NCBI RefSeq assembly: GCF_004010195.1
Contig: NC_057718.1
Location: 75,909,873-75,929,872, forward strand
Origin: Chiloscyllium plagiosum
Taxonomy: Eukaryota
DNA length: 20,000 nt
Direction of reading: 5' to 3'
Shown: piece after piece, positions 1-12,026 of the stretch
Layout of the letters: the number at the start of each line of letters is the position of its first letter
How positions within the stretch are numbered: the stretch's first letter is position 1
Translations under genes and position numbers: made by a program
Notes under the pieces: model-generated
Told to the model about the DNA's origin: nothing
Databases searched by the model: none
The model's input: only the letters and a program-made list of their open reading frames with translations

Positions 1-200
1 GTGAATGCATGGAATACATTGTCAACGGTCGTGGTGGAAGCAGAGTCCTTAGGGGCATTTAAGCGACTGCTGGACATGCACATGGACAGCAGTGAATTGA
101 GGGTTGAATTGAGTAGGTTAGGCTATTTTAGTTTAGATTAGAAATAATCCTTGGCACATCATGGGCGAAAGGACCTGTTCTGTGCTGTACTTTTCTATGT
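1..200 (+). mobile_element. CR1-clade LINE 3' end fragment
   Basis: gtgaatgcatggaat...tttaagcgactgctggacatgcacatgga...atgggcgaaaggacctgttctgtgctgtacttttctatgt resembles the elasmobranch CR1/HER1-type ORF2 end and 3' UTR. Confidence 0.75.
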
Positions 201-204
201 CCAA

Positions 205-600
205 TGGAGCACCAAAACACGTAAACTAACACTCTAGCTTTAGGTAAAGTCTTTGGGTCAAAGTGGGCAAACCTGTGTGAACCTGGTGAAGGCATCCATG
301 ATTGGAAGAACATGCTCAGTCCTGTCAAGGACCATAAAAGTCCATTTCAAAGATTTCTACAGATCCCCTGGCAGCCAGAGATTCAACGTTGGGGTGATAG
401 TGACCAAAGCATGTTTTTCTCAATTTTGGCTGTTATCAATATCAACAACCATCCCAGGCCAGTAACACTGCTCTGTTAAGGTTTGCATCAGGGCAGCGGT
501 CTTCTGTTGGTTGGTATTCTGCTTGATCATGAACTGCCAGGAAAGAAGAATTTCTGTGCCCATTCAGACTCCCTCATCAGCTAGTGCTGAATTAGTACGT
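205..600 (-). mobile_element. Decayed Ty3/Gypsy integrase (zinc-binding region and start of core)
   Basis: Frameshifted minus-strand peptides AVHDQA, CYWPGMVVDID, MDF, EHVLPIMDAFTRFTQ and ARVLV follow the order of Gypsy integrase motifs. Confidence 0.75.
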
Positions 601-619
601 GTTGGGCCTTACAGTAATA

Positions 620-1845
620 GTGCAGTCTACTGATGCAACAAACAGGATAGATAAAAGGGAACCCTCAAATGTATTAGATTTAGGTTTCCAAATAAGGTAT
701 CATGAAAAACACTACACAAAACAGAAGTCCAAGATGTTGGGGGTAGCATATTAGCAGGGACAGGGTGTTGGCTAACTAATAGAAGATAGGGTATTTGGAT
801 AAAGGGGGCATTTTTAGGATGCCAACCTGCGCCACAGGAATTGGTACTGGGGACACAATTATTAACAATGTGATCATGGCATGGATGAGCAAAGTAAACA
901 TACTATAGACATGTGCGTGGATCACAAAAATAAGCAGGAGGCAAGTGCTGAGGGTGACACAAAGTACAGAGGAATATGGACAGGTAAAGTGGGTGGCTAA
1001 AAACTTGACAGATGGAACAGAATGTGGGGAAATGAGATTTTACACTTCAGTGGGAAAGAGGGGAGCTGAACTTTCTTTAAATAAAGACTACACAAAACTA
1101 CAGTAACAAAGGGATTTGGGAGTCCTCATGCATAAGTTATGAAATGCCAGCATTCAGGTTCAACAGGTAATATAGGGAATACAAATGGAATGTTGGCCTT
1201 TCTTTCTGCAATGGAATATGAAAATGGCAAGGTAAAAATAAGAAGGTTTTTCTAAAACTAAAGTCCTTAGTTAGACCACAACTAGAATACTTGAACAGTT
1301 TTGGTTCTCCTGGGCAAAGAAACATACAATACTATTCTGTGGCAACTCAGATGGTTCACCCCCTCGATTTCTGACAGAGCAGGATTTTCTTAGGAGAGTT
1401 TAAGTGGGTTTCATCTGTTAAGTAGAATGAAAGGCAACCTATTTGAAACATGTCAGATTCTTAGAGGACTAAGATTCAGCACCATATCAGTATTGTAATG
1501 AGAGAGATACAAAACAGGTCCAGATAGTTAAAGCTGAGAGATGTTTCACCTTGACAGACACTCTAGGACCAGAGGGCATAATCTCAAAATAAGGGGTCAC
1601 CCAATTAAGACAAAGATGAGGATATTTTTCTCTTGAGGGCAATGAATCTGAGGAATGCATTCTCCACAAACGTATCCAAGACTGAAATGGGCAGATATTT
1701 AATCAATAAGGAAATCGAGGGTTATGGAAAAAAGACAGGGAAATGCAGATGAGCATTATCAATTCAGCCATGATCCCACTGAATGGCAGAGCAAATTTGT
1801 TGGGCTGAATGGCCTACTTTTTGTCCTGTATTTTATGGTTTTAGG
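620..1845 (+). mobile_element. CR1 LINE, 5'-truncated, decayed RT to 3' UTR, inserted in the Gypsy remnant
   Basis: CR1-type motifs gtattagattt, tccttagttagaccacaactagaatac, gggcataatctcaaaataagggg, and the tail tgggctgaatggcctact. No intact ORF. Confidence 0.8.
1471..1534. repeat. 64-bp inverted duplicate of 1912-1975
   Basis: aagattcagc...cagatagttaaagc matches the reverse complement of 1912-1975 at 56/64 positions, ungapped (manual count). Confidence 0.92.
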
Positions 1846-1849
1846 CCTG

Positions 1850-3220
1850 CATCAATCAATTGAAGCTGACTGAAGACATCTTTCAATTTAAGTAGCAAAG
1901 GGTGAAACCTGGCTTTAACTATCTGGACCTGATTTGTATCTCACTCATTACAACATTGATACTCCGCTGAATCTTCGTCTGAACACTATTGGAAATTGGG
2001 TTGGAATGCTGCTTTTGAGATGGGGCATGAAGCACTGTTAGCCACAGCCCCCTGAATCAGGCAGGGGCAGGATCTGTCCTCTGGTCAGTCTTCTGAATAA
2101 GGACATCGACATGTGCATTATTTTTGCCTGATCTATACTAGATCTGGAATCAAAACGGAGTGAATTCAATGGTCCATTGAGTTTCTATGCTCCAAGCTTG
2201 ACAGACATCTGAACGTAGCTGAGTGGAGTGTTGTCTGCAAACCCCTCAAATTCAGCACTAATCAGAATGTCTCTGAATTTCTGGGAGATAAACGCCTGGC
2301 TTTGAGGTTGGCTGAGTTTCACACTGGAGTAATTCTGCATTTTCTTCTCAATCAGCTTGACACTCCAACTGGCAGAAATAACACTTTTTTTCCCTGCCAT
2401 TGGACCTGTGACAGCACCTTGGCCAAAAAGACTGGTGTCAGTTCCCATGAAAGAGGTAGAAATCTGGATAGTTAACAGGTGATGAGATAAGCTTCTGCTC
2501 AAGGGTGTAAAAGGAGTCTCACATGCTGGGATCCAACTCCTCGTGATTCTCTGTGAAGTAGCATGCCTCATACATCCTTTGCTAAGCACTTCTGCAGCAT
2601 TTTCTCATTTCTTCAGCAAATTGCCAGTGGGACAGCCAACTGTGCATTGCCTTGCACAAACCACCTTTAGTAACCCACTAGAGCAAGGAACCAACTCAGC
2701 TCTAACTCCCATCTTTAGCAGGAGACACTTGTCTATTGCTCAGATTTTCTCGTCCTCAAGGGTAATGCCTTCCTTGGTAATAAAGTGTCCAGTACTGTAA
2801 GTTTATCTGGAAAAGAAAGTCAAGCCTGAAAAATGTTTACAAGTTCAACTGTGACAAGTCAGATAAGTCTTTGAAGGGTTTCCTCAAATGTCAAGCTGAA
2901 AATGAGTGCGTTATCTAGTTTCACGAGGAGAGACTAGAAATTAAAGCTAAATAAGGAAGACATACATTTTATATGCAACTAAGTCTATGGTTTATATCTG
3001 TCTGAAGACATCCTTTGTGCCTGATTCTGTTTGATCCCCATAAAGGCTCCATCCCCGAAAGGAGTTACATTCATTACTCTATCTATCCTGCTCGCTCCCT
3101 CCCTCCCTCACCACTGCTCGAGATCCTGGCACAACCACTCTGGCTGCACTTCTCAGCACTTGCCCTTGCCATCACCACCTGCTGCTAGATGTTCCATCAC
3201 ACTAGGAAGGCATGCTAAAT
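1850..3220 (-). mobile_element. Decayed Ty3/Gypsy pol (RT and RNase H)
   Basis: Minus-strand remnants TPFG, LDNALIFSLTFEETLQRL (decayed YLDD motif, ~2865-2918), HFITKEGI, WIPACETPF, TDTSLFGQGAV, EKKMQNYSSVKL, QKFRDILISAEFEGFADNTPLSYVQMSVKLGA (ORF 2185..2589) and YRSGKNNAHVD. The RT-RH-IN order is that of Gypsy. Confidence 0.85.
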
Positions 3221-3479
3221 CCTAATGAGAATGCACAATTAAATCTATACTAATACAATATTATTTGCCATTACTCTTTGGCAAAAAAAAACCTGTGAAT
3301 TCAACTTCTGGCCTCTCCACTGTAACAGGTTCTCAGGCCACGTGACTAATATTTGATTTGATTTGGTTTGAGTTATTGTAGGCATGTGTACCTAGTGAAA
3401 AGCTGCTGCATTAGCTTTGGAACTACAGGTTCATAAAAATCAATAAATTACTCAATTACTCAACCACGTTTTGGTGTTG

Positions 3480-3690
3480 GATGTGTCAGTTGATTAGACG
3501 GTTTGTTTGCAATGCAGAGAGTGATGCTAACAGCACAAGCTCAATTCCCATATTGGCTGAGGTGATCACAAAGGACTCCCCTCCCCTCACCTGAAATGTG
3601 GTGACCCTCAAGTTAAATCAACACCAGTTGCCTCTCTCGTTCTAAAAAGCAGCCGCCAAATGGTCCGATAGCATTATGGTGACTTTGCAT
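3480..3690 (+). mobile_element. Old tRNA-derived SINE-like fragment
   Basis: A-box/B-box-like head (gtcagttgattaga...gctcaattccc) followed by ccctcacctga..gtggtgaccctcaagttaaa. Confidence 0.45.
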
Positions 3691-4049
3691 TTTACTCTGT
3701 CATGTGCAAAACTTGTCTTAACTTTCACCAAATAGTAATTTCCATTGCTCAAATTCCTGAATATTACGTACTAGCCAGCACTCAATGATTATATTGACCG
3801 ACTTGTCCCTTCAGTCAGATTCAGTAACACAAATGCCAAGAGATGACTGACAAACACTTGGCTCCAACTTGAAGTACGAATAGAAATTGTTTACAATCAG
3901 AAATTATCAAATTGACCTGTTAAATGCTGAGCTTTTGCCTAAATTAGACAGAGTCGAAACAGATGCTAATTTCTAACTTTCCACATTTCCTTATAACAAA
4001 TACCCACTTTGGTTCAGTTGATAACAATCTCACTTGGGGCTCACATCTG

Positions 4050-4430
4050 ACTCCAGAAACTGGAGCTTATTATTTCAGCTGGAACTTCAGTGCAGTGCTG
4101 AAAGGAGGATTGCCACCCAGCTGGAAGTGCTGACTTTTAGTTAGATATTAAACTGAAGCACCAGCTGTCCTCTTAGGTGGCTGTATCTATTTTTAGGAGA
4201 GAGAGTAAGGAAATTCTTATAGCCTGGCTGACAATTAAATCCTCCATCACCACAAGAAATAGATGATCTGGTAATTTCTTTCATTGTTGCTGATGGAATC
4301 TTGCCATGGGCATCCACATCACAACAATAATTACACTTGCAAAGTTTTAAAACACTTAGAACGTTTTAAAAGACTTTGGGACATATTGAAATTGTGAAAA
4401 TGGATTTATACAGTAAAATCAAATCTTTCT
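4050..4430 (+). mobile_element. Deu-domain SINE (SacSINE1/AmnSINE-like), decayed
   Basis: ttcagtgcagtgctgaaagga...ttagatattaaactgaagc...gatgatctggtaatt...ctttgggacat..tgaaattgtgaaa resembles the DeuSINE core and tail. Confidence 0.6.
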
Positions 4431-4534
4431 TAAAAACAATATGCATGCACTGCACAGAAATGTATTAGCATTTCTGCCCTAACAGAAAAGCAACATTACC
4501 CGTGTTGCAACAATGACTTTCAGAGCAATTTGCA

Positions 4535-4735
4535 TGTTAAATTCAATAAAAATCTGGATTTAAGAGTCCAATAATGTTGGAAAAACCCATTTAGTGAAGG
4601 AAACTGCTAATCTTACCTTGTCTGGCCTATCTATGACTCTGGACTCAGAACCCAAAAAACCTTTGGGCAAATCAGAATGGGCAATAAATTCTGTCTTGGC
4701 CAGTGACATCCATATCAACATTCACAATGAAAAGA
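4535..4735 (+). mobile_element. tRNA-derived SINE, 3' part (same family as 8945-9270 and 11250-12285)
   Basis: aattcaataaaaatctgga...gaaggaaactgc..tcttacc..gtctggccta...atgggcaataaat. Similar to the reverse complement of the other copies in this window. Confidence 0.7.
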
Positions 4736-4844
4736 AACGACCTGTGATTATTCTGAATATTCTCTAATTAACCTGTTCAGAAATGTTATTATACACCCCT
4801 GGAGCAGGTGAGGCTTGAACCTGGGACACTGCCACTAAGATAGT

Positions 4845-5165
4845 GGCTACATTTCTGGATCAGTAATCTTGTGCCTTCCTTAGAAGCTGAGAAATTTAAA
4901 TTCAGTTACTAAAATCGATCAAGAATAAAACGTTAGATGAATGATTAACTGCTAAATTGTCATAAAGATCCATATGGTTTACTAATATTCTTCAGGAAAG
5001 GAAATCTGCCACATGGCAGAGATGTCATTTCAAACCCACAGCAAGGCAGACCATTTTAACTATTCTTTGAACGGATCTAGCAAGCTAAGTTAGAGATTGT
5101 TAGGGACAGGTAATAACAGCTGGCCCACAGATGCTCACAGCCTATGAATGAAGAAAGAATAATAA
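4845..5165 (+). mobile_element. tRNA-derived SINE, older copy of the same or a related family
   Basis: aattgtcataaagatccatatggtttactaatattcttcaggaaaggaaatctgcc...tagggacaggtaataa..gctggcc...gctcacagcctatgaatgaa. Confidence 0.65.
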
Positions 5166-5736
5166 AGTTGAAATGTATTTTTTTAAACATGCTCATTAAG
5201 GATGTAGAGCACCTGATTCATCAAACTCTGGTCCTGAAGGCAAATATAAAAATAAATCAATTAGTTTATTTGGTATGAATACACAAATAACTAGATAATA
5301 TACTGCAAGTGTTAAAGAGACTAATGTCAAGAATGAGTTAGGATGATTTTAAAATAGATTCAGTTATCGTTAAACTTATTCTCGTTATTATAATGTATAA
5401 TACTGACAAAGTCTTCCCATTACATATAAACGAACGATCCCTTGAGTTGTGTGGGGAAGCTCTCACTTAGACAGATACCATGTCATAGCAAAGGGCAAAA
5501 TATTAATATAGACTCAGAGAAGGCCAAGTTACTGGAGCACATTACAGCCTGAAAGAAAATGAAGAGTATTGATGATACTACAATCTAGATGCTCAAATCA
5601 GGATGCATTACGCAAAGTATAATAATTCAATAGGCTGCCGGTCAATATTTTAATGTTTGCTAAATTCTGTAAGAAAATATTGTACATTTCTTATTTATAG
5701 ATTTACATAACGTAAGAGTTCTTTAAGTGAATCTAC

Positions 5737-5907
5737 CTTGAATTTATTTCCAACGCTAATGAAGCTCAGCTTTCCTGCCTTCTGTTTTGTGTCCTTATTG
5801 TTGTTGGTTCCTTCAAAAAGTTTCCGAACAAATGGATCTTTTGATTCAGACACCAGTGATTCCAAGGACATGTGTAAGGCATCATTGTTTTTTTCCACAA
5901 ACTTTGC
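5737..5907 (-). CDS. MYO6: Myosin VI internal exon (exon 18 equivalent), 171 bp
   Basis: gacag|GCAAAGTTTGTG...TTCAAG|gtagat. Translates [57 protein letters not shown], which includes actin-binding loop 2. Overlaps ORF 5695..5898. Phase 0-0. Confidence 0.96.
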
Positions 5908-6011
5908 CTGTCAAGGAGAAAGTTGCACTGAGTACTTCCTAAATGAAGGATGCAATTATTTCAAAGACATAATTGAAACTAAGCAAATATTGGAGATTTT
6001 ATAGTAGAATT

Positions 6012-6172
6012 AAGACATCTTTAGACAGGAGGAGGAAACCGGAGCACCTGGAGGGAACCCACTCAGACACCGGGAGAATGTGCAAGCTCCACACAGACAG
6101 GCACCAGAGGCTGGAATCAAACCATTGTCCCTGGTGCTGTGAGTCAGCAGTGGTAACCACTAAGTCACCATA
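6012..6172 (-). mobile_element. HE1-type V-SINE fragment
   Basis: V-domain core ggaggaaaccggagcacctggagggaacccactcagacaccgggagaatgtgcaagctccacacagac plus a tRNA-like head. Homologous to 17297-17580. Confidence 0.85.
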
Positions 6173-6219
6173 CCACTCTGCATCCACTATTTCTAGCACC
6201 ACTTCCTTAAGTACTCTGC

Positions 6220-7560
6220 AGATTATGAGGCCCTGGAGATTTATCAGCCTTCAATCCCATCAATTTCTACAACACTATTTATCTACTGCAGATTTACTTC
6301 AATTCCTCCCTCACTAACCCTGGGTTCCCCATGATTTGTTGCAAGTTATCATGGCTTCTTTTCTGAAGGCAGAAGCATAGTATAAATATAGTTCATCAGC
6401 TGTTTCTTTATTCTCCATTATAAATTCCTCAAGTTCTGACTGTAAGGGACCTCCATCAGTTTTCACTAATCTTTTTCTCTTTATACACCTACAGAAAATT
6501 TTATAGTTCTTATGTTCCCTGCAAGCTTGCTCTCATTCTATTTTTCCCTTCTTAAATCAATCCCATCATCCTCCGTTGCTGATTTCAAAACTGCTCCTAA
6601 TCCTCAGGTCTTTTTTTTATGGCTAATTTGTCTGCCTTTTTTTTTACATTTCATACTCTATCTTCTCTTGTAAGCCATAGTTTGGCCATTGTTCTCTTTG
6701 CACTCTTTCAACAGAAAGCAATTAGCAATTTTTGTAGTTCACCCATTCACTCTTTGAATATCTGCCATTGCCTGTACATGGTCATTCCTTTCAATAACAT
6801 TTCCCAATCCACTAAAGCCAACTCATGCTTCACACAATCATAGTTTCCCTTAAGATTCAGGTGTCTCAGCTCAGGAAAGTCTCAATCTTGATGAAGAATT
6901 CTATAACATTATGGTCACTTAAACCCAAGGAGTCTCTCACAACTAGTCTTTTCTCATTCCAGAATATGCAGTCTAAGATGGCCTACTCTCTGGAGGATTC
7001 CCAACGTTCTGGTTCAGAAAACCATCCTGTACATGTTCTAGGAATTCTTCTTCTATGTTATTGTGACTAATTTGATTCACTCAATCTATAAAATGATTAA
7101 AGAGCGCCATAATTACAGATATTCCTTGATTGCATGCACCTCTGATTTCCTGTTTAATGCTATTCCCAACATCACCATTACAATTTGATGGTCCATCGAC
7201 CATCCCCAATGATTTGTGCTCCTTAATATTTCTCAATTACACACACACACACACACACACTCTATATTGTCTGAGCTGATATCTTTCCTCAATATTATGT
7301 TGGTATCCTCTTTAACCAGCAATACAACTTCACCACCTTTTCCTTTCGTATGTCCTTCCTAAATACTGAAAATGGCAGGATATTCGGTTCCCTTCCCTGG
7401 TCATCCTACATCCATGTCTCCATAATCAAGTATATAACACTTTTTTTACAACTCTTTACAAATAGCAATTTATTCATCCACTTTATTTCAAATGTTCCAT
7501 GAGTTCAGACACAAAGCCTTTTTAATGTTTCTATTCTCACTGTGGCTTTGTTTGATTCTG
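6220..7560 (-). mobile_element. Decayed CR1 LINE ORF2 (endonuclease and linker region)
   Basis: Long pyrimidine-rich stretch with antisense CR1-type motifs (caccaccttttcctt, tcctaaatact, ggatattcggttccc, acattatggtcact). No ORF. Confidence 0.6.
7239..7260 (+). repeat. (AC)11 microsatellite
   Basis: Read directly from the sequence. Confidence 0.95.
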
Positions 7561-8420
7561 GACTTTGATCCTTTTATCAATTCTCTTATTCCCCTTTTTG
7601 TCCATGATTCCTCTTCCTCTGACTCCTTGCATAGGTTCCCGTTCCCCTGCCAATTTCCTTCAAAACAGCTTCAACCACTCTAGCACCCCTGAGGGCATGG
7701 GTCCCAGTTCTGACAATGTGAAGCAGAGACTATCCTCAGAAAATGGGTGAATATCTATCATCCATTAAAACAACCAGTTACAACTAAATAGATAAAGGAC
7801 AACTAAAGCACACACACAAATGCCAAACAGACAGGTCACGGTGACTGGGAGAGACACAAATAACAACATAAGGTAAAAAGCAGAGTGTTACAAAAAAGAA
7901 ATACAAGGAAAAGGCAAAGGACATCACATCAAGATCAAATCTCTTAAAATAATTATATCAGGAAAACGTGACCTGGAACAAATGTGTTTCCGTAATTTTT
8001 TTGTTTAAAAAAAGCCACAGACATATTAAATAATTACTGTGTGTCAGTTTTAACAGGAGACAATGTCATCATTAATAATTTTGCATCAGAATTGGAGTCT
8101 CACCAAAATTGGCACATGCAAAACAACAGTTATGAAGATGATAACTGCAAGAATGCCACATCCCCAGAACCAGATGGCTTCCACTCCAGGGTTTAAAAGA
8201 AGCGGGTGTGAACATATCAGGTGCTTCAACTATAAACATTTAAAAATTTTCTCTGCACTCAAACTATCCTTTATATTAGAAAATTTCACATCACTCCATT
8301 TTTATGAAGTATTTTGTAAAGTGCAACCAAGGAATTGTAAAACAATTAACTTAGTATCAGATGTCAGGAATTGCTTCAATCCATAACTAAAGCTAGTGTG
8401 ACCGAGTATCTTAAATTTCA

Positions 8421-8787
8421 ATGTCCGAGGAGCAGGAAAATCGACATTTCGGGCAAAAGCCCTTCATCTGGAGTGGAGGCAGGGAGCCTCCATGCTGGGG
8501 ATAAGGCAGCAAAGAGTACAATAGGTGAATGGGGGTGGGGATGGAGGTGATACCATTCACCTATTGTACTCTTTGCTACCTTCTCCTCAGCCCCAGCTCC
8601 AGCACCCACACTCCCTGCACCCCCATTTATCTCTCCACCCTGGAGGCTTGCTGTCTCCATTCCTGATGAAGGGCTTTTGCCCAAAATGTCGATTTTCCTG
8701 CTCGGATGCTGCCTGACCTGATGTGCTTTTCCAGCACCACACTAATCTAGACTCTTGTTTCCATCATCTGCAGTCCTCACTTTTGCC
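8421..8787 (+). mobile_element. Palindromic Penelope-like element terminus (family A) with 14-bp TSD
   Basis: Inverted arms 8424-8532 and 8553-8706, with a tail to 8787. Perfect direct repeat tatcttaaatttca at 8407-8420 and 8788-8801. Hammerhead-like motif in each arm. Confidence 0.85.
8659..8694 (+). ncRNA. Degenerate minimal hammerhead ribozyme (family A); second degenerate copy on the minus strand at ~8440-8471
   Basis: CTGATGA-a-gggc-tttt-gccc-AAAA-tgtc has GAAA mutated. The minus copy CAGATGA-a-gggc-tttt-gccc-GAAA-tgtc has CTGA mutated. Confidence 0.7.
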
Positions 8788-8944
8788 TATCTTAAATTTC
8801 AGCTGATCAGAGGAATTCAGCATAGACTTAAAAAGGTAATTATGGAATGGATTGTATTTTCTTTAAAGCATGACTAAAATAGTGGACAATGTAATGTCTA
8901 TGCACGTTCTTGATATGGACTCCCAATAGGGCATTGGGAGATAC

Positions 8945-9270
8945 TCATTCATGGGATATGGACATTGCTGGCCAGGCTACTATTTACTGCCCATCCCTAA
9001 TTGCTACTTGAGAGACAACCACATAGTTGTGGTGTCAGGAGTCACATGTCAACCAGGTATGGTTAACAGATTTCCCTCCCTAAAAGGATATTAATGGACT
9101 AGATGGGTTTTTCTGACAATGGACAATGGTCATGGTCATCATTAAACTTTTAATTCTATATTTTTTTTTAATAACTGAATGCAAATTCCTACCTAAGTTT
9201 GAACCTGAGTACCCAGAACACAACCTGGGTCTCTGGAATAATAGTCTCACGATCACTAAGCCATCACCTA
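8945..9270 (-). mobile_element. tRNA-derived SINE, near full length
   Basis: tcattcatgggatatggacattgctggccagg..atttactgcccatccctaattgc...agatgggtttttctgacaat...tttgaacctgagtacccagaaca...cactaagccatc. Homologous to 11250-12285. Confidence 0.75.
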
Positions 9271-9399
9271 AACTAAGCCATCAACTAAAGTTGAAGCTTA
9301 TTGCACTGAAGGCAAACTCTGGACCTAGTTAAGAAACTGGTTGAGCAGCTGGAGACAAATACACGCATATCAGACAGACACTGAATGCAACTAATGGGT

Positions 9400-10450
9400 G
9401 TTCATGCAAGGATCTCGGTTACGTCTCAACTACTGACTGTCCTTATTAATGACTTAAATGATAGGATAGATGGCCAACATTCAAGATTGCTGATGACAGA
9501 GATAAATGGCATTGTGAACAGTGCAGATGGAAACATCAGATCAGTGATATTGTTAGATTAAGTGAATTAACAAATCTATAACAAATGGATTTTAATGATG
9601 CATGTGAATTTAAGGACCTCCAGTTTGGTCCTGAAAAGGACATCAGACTACTTTCTAAATGTCAAAAGCTAGAAAATGCAAAGGTCCAAATTGACTTAGG
9701 AATCCCTGCAGTTTAATTATATAAATGTCACAGATGTGAACAAAAAAAATAAACAAATTGGTTCTATGTACTGTGCTTTATACCAAGAGCACCAGACCAT
9801 AAAAGAGGTAGAATTTAAGCCACACTTACAAAAAGCCCTGGTTAAATCACGCCTGGAATAAAATGTTCTGCAGTCAGCATCACAATTTAGGAAAGATATA
9901 TTGACTTTGGAGGAAAAGCTGCAAAGACTTATTAAGTGAAATTGCAGAGAGAGATTGCACAGATTAGAATATAACAAACTGAAAATGCTACAATTCAGAC
10001 AGCAATGGAAAATAAGAGTTCAAGTTTCAGGTCAATGACAATTCATCAGATTTAACCCTGTTTCTCCCTACAAATGCTGCCTTACTGTGTCAGTTCTTCC
10101 AGCATTTTCTGTTATTTCAGATTTCCAGTATCTGCAAATTTTTTTTAATGCAAACTTGGGTAGTATTCTCTGAAACTTGGAAGGTTTAGAGATAACTCAT
10201 TCAACATTCCAAGATATTAATGAGAATTGTAAAGGAAGCAAAAGAGAAATATTCACACTGGTTGGAGAATCTACAACTGGAAATGTAGCCCAGAAGATAG
10301 GTCAAATGTTAATTTTAATTTTGATACTGATAGCCTTTTTATAAGCAAAGGTATTAAGGAATAAGGGACAAAGATGGCTAAGTGGAATTAATGGTTACAT
10401 TGAATGGTGGAAGTGGGTCATTGGTTAAATAGTTTAATCCAGCTGCCATT
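9400..10450 (+). mobile_element. Decayed CR1 LINE (RT to 3' end), interrupted at ~9974-10147
   Basis: caagattgctgatgaca (KxADD motif region), aaagccctggttaaatcacgcctggaata, tttaggaaagatatattgactttggag, and tail ttgaatggtggaagtggg. Confidence 0.75.
9974..10147 (+). mobile_element. Old palindromic PLE-derived terminus (family D) with decayed hammerhead on the minus strand (10022-10050)
   Basis: Left part acaaactgaaaatgct...cagca.tgga...gagtt is an imperfect inverse of aaccctgtttctcc...tgctg...cagcattttctgtt. Minus strand reads CTGATGA-attgtcattgacct-GAAAC. The tail ttccagtatctgca resembles the family A tail ttccatcatctgca. Confidence 0.6.
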
Positions 10451-10789
10451 ATCCATTTGCTTCAAAAAGTAAGGCCATTCACAAGCACAATAGCGAAAAT
10501 TAAATGGGAAAATTTATCTAAATATCCAAAGACATTCCACACACTTCTAAATGTTTCATAACCATATTGAAATACCTATTAACTGAGAAAAAGATCATAC
10601 CGTACCATAAAAAAATTACAAATAGCAAGAACAATCTGTGAAAATATTCTTGAGTCGTCACTTGCCAAGAACTAGAAGGCCAAGGTCTTTTGAGAGGAGA
10701 TGCTAAGTGCCTTAGGGGGTTCATAAGGATCCTATGACTATTTTAAGAATGTGAATTCCCCCTGGTCGCCTGGTAAATATTTTTGACTA

Positions 10790-11101
<312 letters not shown>

Positions 11102-11536
11102 CTAAACAATGTAAACAAAGTATAGGTATTACATCTACTGCTTCATTTCAAGAGTGGGTTTTAAGAGTCAGGTTTAGAACACATTCATGTATAATTTTTC
11201 ACAAATCTTATTTATCATCCTCCTTAAAGGACAATTTTTAAAAAATTAACTCACAGGATGTGGGCATCGTTAGCTGAGCCAGTATTCTTTGCATATCCCT
11301 AATTGCCTAGAGGCAATTAAGAGTCAACTACTCTGTTGTGGATCTGAAGTCACAAGTAAGCTAGACCAGGTAAAGTTGGCAGTTTCTCCCCTAAAAGGAT
11401 ATCAGTGAGCCAGATGGGTTCTTTTCTTAAAACTTTTTTAAAATTTTGTTTTAGTTTTTGAACTTTTAATGCTTATTTTATTTTTCCTGACAATTAACAA
11501 TAGTTGTGGCTGTTTGCCGAGCTGGGAATTTGTGTT

Positions 11537-11576
11537 GCAGATGTTTCGTCCCCTGTCTAGGTGACATCCTCAGTGC
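11537..11576 (-). ncRNA. Minimal type I hammerhead ribozyme motif (family B, inverted arm)
   Basis: Exact reverse complement of 11987-12026. Confidence 0.8.
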
Positions 11577-11986
11577 TTGGGACCCTCCTGTGAAGCGCTT
11601 CTGTGATCTTGCTTCCGGCATTTATAGTGGTTTGTCTCTGCCGCTTCCGGTTGTCAGTTCCAGCTGTCCATTGCAGTGGTCGGTATATTGGGTCCAGGTC
11701 GATGTGCTTATTGATTGAATCTGTGGATGAGTGCCATGCCTCTAGGAATTCCCTGGCTGTTCTCTGTTTGGCTTGTCCTATAATAGTAGCGTTGTCCCAG
11801 TCGTGTTCATGTTCCTAGAGGCATGGCACTCATCCACAGATTCAATCAATAAGCATATCGACCTGGACCCAATATACCGACCACTGCAACGGACAGCTGG
11901 AACTGAAAACCGGAAGCGGCAGATTCAAACCACTATAAATGCCGGAGGAAACATCACAGAAGAAGTGCTTCACAGGAGGCTCCCAA

Positions 11987-12026
11987 GCACTGAGGATGTC
12001 ACCTAGACAGGGGACGAAACATCTGC
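11987..12026 (+). ncRNA. Minimal type I hammerhead ribozyme motif (family B)
   Basis: gca-CTGAGGA-t-gtc-a-cct-agac-agg-g-gac-GAAA-ca-TC-tgc. Helix I is gca/tgc, stem II is present, and the predicted cut is after 12023. Confidence 0.8.

Noticed and set aside
2785..2825. Minus-strand ccagataaacttacagtactgg resembles the next MYO6 exon (TQLNLLLDKLRST)
   Set aside because: The frame does not give the peptide, there is no GT donor at the expected place, and it lies inside the Gypsy RT remnant. I found no such exon in 1-5736, so it is probably beyond the window.
8421..8787. Possible DNA-transposon MITE with terminal inverted repeats
   Set aside because: The arms are asymmetric with an ~80-bp unpaired 3' tail, the TSD is 14 bp, and hammerhead motifs are present. 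This fits a PLE origin better.
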